Source: Verrucomicrobiota bacterium
GTDB lineage: Bacteria; Verrucomicrobiota; Verrucomicrobiia; Limisphaerales; Palsa-1400
Assembly (NCBI GenBank): GCA_049510745.1
Contig: JBEKYR010000020.1
Coordinates: 1-64,000, forward strand
DNA length: 64,000 nt
Direction: 5' to 3'
Made by a program: the position numbers and the translations under genes. Below the pieces are notes generated by a model that ran no database searches, had not been told where the DNA came from, and saw only the letters and a program-made list of their open reading frames with translations. Shown here in pieces: positions 60,553 to 64,000 of the stretch (its first letter is position 1; each line of letters starts with the position of its first letter).

Positions 60553-61922
60553 GATTTTACCGGACATTTCAAACCGCCATGCGCGCCTTGCGCCGGAACA
60601 TGCTGCGGGCGGGGTTGACCACCCTGGGCATTATTATTGGCGTGGCGGCCGTCATCGCCATGATGGAGATCGGCAACGGTTCCTCGCTTCAGATTCAGCA
60701 TACGATTGCCACCCTGGGCGCCAACAATCTTATGATTTTTCCCGGCAACGCCTTCGCCGGCGGCATCAGCCAGGGCAACGGCAGCATCATGACGCTCACC
60801 CCGATGGACGCCGACGCGATCCTGACGGAATGCCCGTCGGTGGCGGCGGCGGCCCCGGTGGTGCGGGCGCGCACCCAGGTCGTCTATGGCAACCGCAACT
60901 GGGTGCCGAACACCATTTCCGGCACCACCCCCGCGTTTCTGGAGGTGCGCGATTGGGCCGACATGACGCTGGGGGATGCCTTTACCGACGCGGACGTGCG
61001 CAACTCGGGCAAGGTTTGCTTGATTGGGCAGACCATTGCCCGCGAACTTTTCCAGGATGAATCGCCCATCGGCAAGGAAATCCGCCTGCAGAACGTCGCC
61101 TTCAAAGTCATCGGCGTCCTCCGCCCCAAAGGCGCCAACATGATGGGATCAGATCAGGACGACATCGTGCTGGCGCCGTGGACGACGATCAAGTACCGCG
61201 TCACCGGCAGTTCGGCCACGACCCAAAACCAGAGCGCCGCATCCGCGTCCGCGTCAACGACCACGGTTCTGCCCAGCCAGGTCTATCCGAGCACGGGCGT
61301 GGCCCTTTACCCGGTGCCCTCGTCCGTGCAAACGGCCGACACGCCGCAGCCCATCCGGTTTGCCAACGTCGATCAAATCGTGGCGGCGGCCAAATCCGCC
61401 GAACAGATTCCGACGGCCATCGCCGAAATCACCGCCCTGTTGCGCGAGCGCCATCACCTCCGGCCCGGCACACTGGACGATTTTACGATCCGGGACATGA
61501 CGGAAATGACCAGAACGGTCAGTTCGACCACGCTCTTGATGACGAAGCTCTTGCTCATTGTCGCAACCATTTCGCTGGTGGTGGGCGGGGTGGGCATTAT
61601 GAACATCATGCTCGTTTCCGTGACGGAACGGACCCGCGAAATCGGGTTGCGCATGGCCGTGGGGGCGCAGCCAACGGATATTTTGCGCCAGTTCCTCACC
61701 GAAGCAGTGGTGCTCTGCCTGATCGGCGGCGCGGTCGGCATCGGGTTGGGGCGCGCCAGTTCGTGGCTGGTGCGGGCGGTGCTCAAGTGGCCGACGGCGG
61801 TCTCCTTCGGGGCCATCATTTCCGCAGTGGTCGTCTCGGCCACGGTGGGGGTGGTGTTTGGATATTATCCGGCCTGGAAAGCCTCGCGCTTGGACCCGAT
61901 TGACGCGCTGCGTTACGAATAA
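60549..61922 (+). CDS. MacB-family ABC permease
   Basis: LTTLGIIIGVAAVI, GGVGIMNIMLVSVTERTREIG, LDPIDALRYE. Confidence 0.95.
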   Translation: MRFYRTFQTAMRALRRNMLRAGLTTLGIIIGVAAVIAMMEIGNGSSLQIQHTIATLGANNLMIFPGNAFAGGISQGNGSIMTLTPMDADAILTECPSVAAAAPVVRARTQVVYGNRNWVPNTISGTTPAFLEVRDWADMTLGDAFTDADVRNSGKVCLIGQTIARELFQDESPIGKEIRLQNVAFKVIGVLRPKGANMMGSDQDDIVLAPWTTIKYRVTGSSATTQNQSAASASASTTTVLPSQVYPSTGVALYPVPSSVQTADTPQPIRFANVDQIVAAAKSAEQIPTAIAEITALLRERHHLRPGTLDDFTIRDMTEMTRTVSSTTLLMTKLLLIVATISLVVGGVGIMNIMLVSVTERTREIGLRMAVGAQPTDILRQFLTEAVVLCLIGGAVGIGLGRASSWLVRAVLKWPTAVSFGAIISAVVVSATVGVVFGYYPAWKASRLDPIDALRYE

Positions 61923-61952
61923 AGGGCCGGGATAACCCATGATCGAAATGCC

Positions 61953-63377
61953 ATGAACAAAACCTTTCCAACGGCATGGACGGCCCTGGCCGGTTCCCTG
62001 GCGGCGCTGGCCATGATCAGCGGCTGCATGGCCGGCCCGGATTACCACCCGCCCAAAACCCAGGCGCCGCCGGCCTGGTCCGGGGTGACCAATGCCACGA
62101 CGGCGGCCACCCGGCTGACGGCCAACCCGGTTGCTCTGGCGCAATGGTGGACCCGGTTTCAGGACCCCAAGTTGACCGAGCTGGTGAATGCGGCTCTCCG
62201 CACCAATCTGGACGTGCAACTGGCCGAAGCGCTGCTGCGGCAGGCGCGCGCCGCCCGCGGCAGGGATGCGGGCGGCCTTTGGCCGTCACTGGCCGCTTCC
62301 GGATCGGCCACCCGCACCGGCACGGTCAACGGCGCCGGCAGCGGCGCTTCTCACAACGCCTTCAGCGCGGGCGCGAGCGCGGTGTGGAATCTGGATTTTT
62401 TTGGCGCCACGCGCCGGCAGCTTGAGTCTGATGACGCCGCCATCCAGGCCGCGTGCGAGAATCTATACGGCGCGCAGGTGACGCTGGTGTCGGAAGTGGC
62501 GCTGGACTACATTCAAGTGCGCGGGGCGCAGGAACAAATCGCCATTGCGCAGACCAACCTGGAGTCCGAAGTGCATACGGCGGGCGTCACGCGCCAGAAA
62601 GGGGCGGCCGGGTTCGTCAGCGCGCTGGACGAGGCCAATGCCGACGCGCAAGTGGCGACGACGGCGGCGATCATTCCCCCGCTGGAAACCACCATCCAGC
62701 AGAACATTTTTGCGCTAAGCATTTTGCTGGGCCGTCCGCCGGCCGATCTGTTGGAAGATTTGTCCAGGCCCGGCTCCGTCCCGCTCACTCCGCCGGAAGT
62801 GCCCGTCGGGTTGCCCTCGGACCTGTTGCGGCGGCGGCCGGACATCCGCGCGGCGGAGGCGAATTTGCACGCGGCGGCGGCGCTGATCGGCGTGGCGGTG
62901 GCCGACTTTTATCCCCAATTCTCGCTGACCGGCTCGCTTAATTACCAGAACAGGGTGGCGCGGGATTTGTTCGCGGGCGGCAACGGAATTTATTCAGCCG
63001 GCCCGCAGGTGAACTGGCCGATTTTTTCCGGCGGAAGCACCGTTTCCAATCTGCGGTTGCAGAAGGCGGCCACGGACGCGGCTTATATCACCTATCAGAA
63101 AACCGTGCTGGCGGCGCTGGCCGACGTGGAGGGCAACCTGGTGGCGTTTGCCAAGGAGTGGGACCATCGCAAGGCGTTGAGCGACGCCGTGGTTAAAAAC
63201 CGCCGCGCCTTGGAGTTATCGCAGCAACTTTACCAGGCCGGCACGACGGAGTTTCTGACGGTGCTGGACGCGGAACGTTCGCTCCTGGCTTCCGAGACGG
63301 CGCTGGCTCAGAGCCGGCAGGCCATTTCGTCGGACCTGGTGAACATATACCGGGCGCTGGGCGGCGGCTGGGAATAG
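61953..63377 (+). CDS. Outer membrane efflux factor lipoprotein (NodT/OprM/TolC family)
   Basis: Lipobox ISGC, WW..F.DP.L, GLPSDLLRRRPDI, YRALGGGW. Confidence 0.93.
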   Translation: MNKTFPTAWTALAGSLAALAMISGCMAGPDYHPPKTQAPPAWSGVTNATTAATRLTANPVALAQWWTRFQDPKLTELVNAALRTNLDVQLAEALLRQARAARGRDAGGLWPSLAASGSATRTGTVNGAGSGASHNAFSAGASAVWNLDFFGATRRQLESDDAAIQAACENLYGAQVTLVSEVALDYIQVRGAQEQIAIAQTNLESEVHTAGVTRQKGAAGFVSALDEANADAQVATTAAIIPPLETTIQQNIFALSILLGRPPADLLEDLSRPGSVPLTPPEVPVGLPSDLLRRRPDIRAAEANLHAAAALIGVAVADFYPQFSLTGSLNYQNRVARDLFAGGNGIYSAGPQVNWPIFSGGSTVSNLRLQKAATDAAYITYQKTVLAALADVEGNLVAFAKEWDHRKALSDAVVKNRRALELSQQLYQAGTTEFLTVLDAERSLLASETALAQSRQAISSDLVNIYRALGGGWE

Positions 63378-63388
63378 GTTCCCCCGCT

Positions 63389-64000
63389 TCAGGGGGCCAG
63401 CAGGCGGTAACCCACTCCCGGCTCTGTCACCAATAATTCCGGGCGGCCCGGGTTCACCTCCAGCTTTTCCCGCAGATGCCCGATGTAAACCCGCAGGTAA
63501 TGCGTCTGTTCGCCGTAATTGGGGCCCCACACTTCCTTCAAAATCTGGCGGTGCGTGACGACTTTGCCCGCGTTGCGCACCAGCAAACGCAGGAGCGCGT
63601 ATTCCGTCGGCGTCATCTTCACTTCCCGCCCCTCCACCCGGACCTGGCGGCTGGAGAGATCGACTTCCAGGCGGCCGGAATGAAAGACCGCGTTGTCCGC
63701 AATGGGCAGGGCGTGGCGCCGGGCCACGCGCAGGCGGGCCAGCAGTTCGGCCGTGCTGAATGGTTTGGTGACGAAATCGTCCGCCCCGTGGTCCAGCGCA
63801 GCGACTTTGTCGTCCTCGCCTTCGCGGACGGAGAGGACCAGCACCGGCGCCTGGCTCCATTCCCGCAGTCTCCGCAGCACTGCCACCCCGTCCATGTCGG
63901 GCAAACCCAAGTCAAGCACAACGGCGTCGGGACGCCGCTGGGCGGCCTCGACCAGCCCTTCCTGGCCGGTGGCGGCTTCGAAGACACGGTAGCCGTTGCC
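63389..64000 (-). CDS. kdpE: KdpE-like response regulator (5' end outside the window)
   Basis: LDLGLPDMDG, GADDFVTKPF, AGKVVTHRQIL..VWG, YLRVYI..LR.KLE..P..P. Confidence 0.9.
   Translation of the reverse strand, partial: GNGYRVFEAATGQEGLVEAAQRRPDAVVLDLGLPDMDGVAVLRRLREWSQAPVLVLSVREGEDDKVAALDHGADDFVTKPFSTAELLARLRVARRHALPIADNAVFHSGRLEVDLSSRQVRVEGREVKMTPTEYALLRLLVRNAGKVVTHRQILKEVWGPNYGEQTHYLRVYIGHLREKLEVNPGRPELLVTEPGVGYRLLAP

Overview
This is a GC-rich bacterial chromosomal segment. Gene content (GloVer/Gloeo_Verruco repeats, a VPDSG-type sorting tail, an H-X9-DG prepilin-like protein, Thr/Asn-rich secreted proteins) suggests Verrucomicrobiota, Pedosphaera/Limisphaerales-like; this is an inference. 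In order: SDR, two tandem hybrid histidine kinases and a PfkB kinase; a hemicellulose/glucan cluster (two GH51, a multimodular GH128 and, past an orphan carbamate kinase, a CE15); a BspA-type LRR protein; blaI plus a blaR1-like gene with an in-frame TGA; yebC; a 2422-aa GloVer-repeat surface protein; a peroxiredoxin and prmA; a repeat-rich intergenic zone; an S9 peptidase with a VHL-beta insert; housekeeping genes (exbB-exbD-tonB-like, guaB3, hpt, cls, gluQ, kdgK); a decayed island next to tRNA-Pro (integrase remnant, tRNA-Gly 3' fragment, deleted genes); purA; a sigma54-type VPDSG-CTERM gene; a MacAB-TolC-type operon; and a partial kdpE. The most unusual signals are: a family of short-period (7-10 bp) intergenic repeats, two of them cleanly interrupted by nested mini-insertions; a shared C-terminal 'F/Y-F/Y-R-L/I' domain on unrelated secreted proteins; a terminator inside the apparent purA leader; and the TGA-interrupted blaR1-like gene with an Ig-type sensor. 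All calls come from reading the sequence and recognising motifs; no searches were run.
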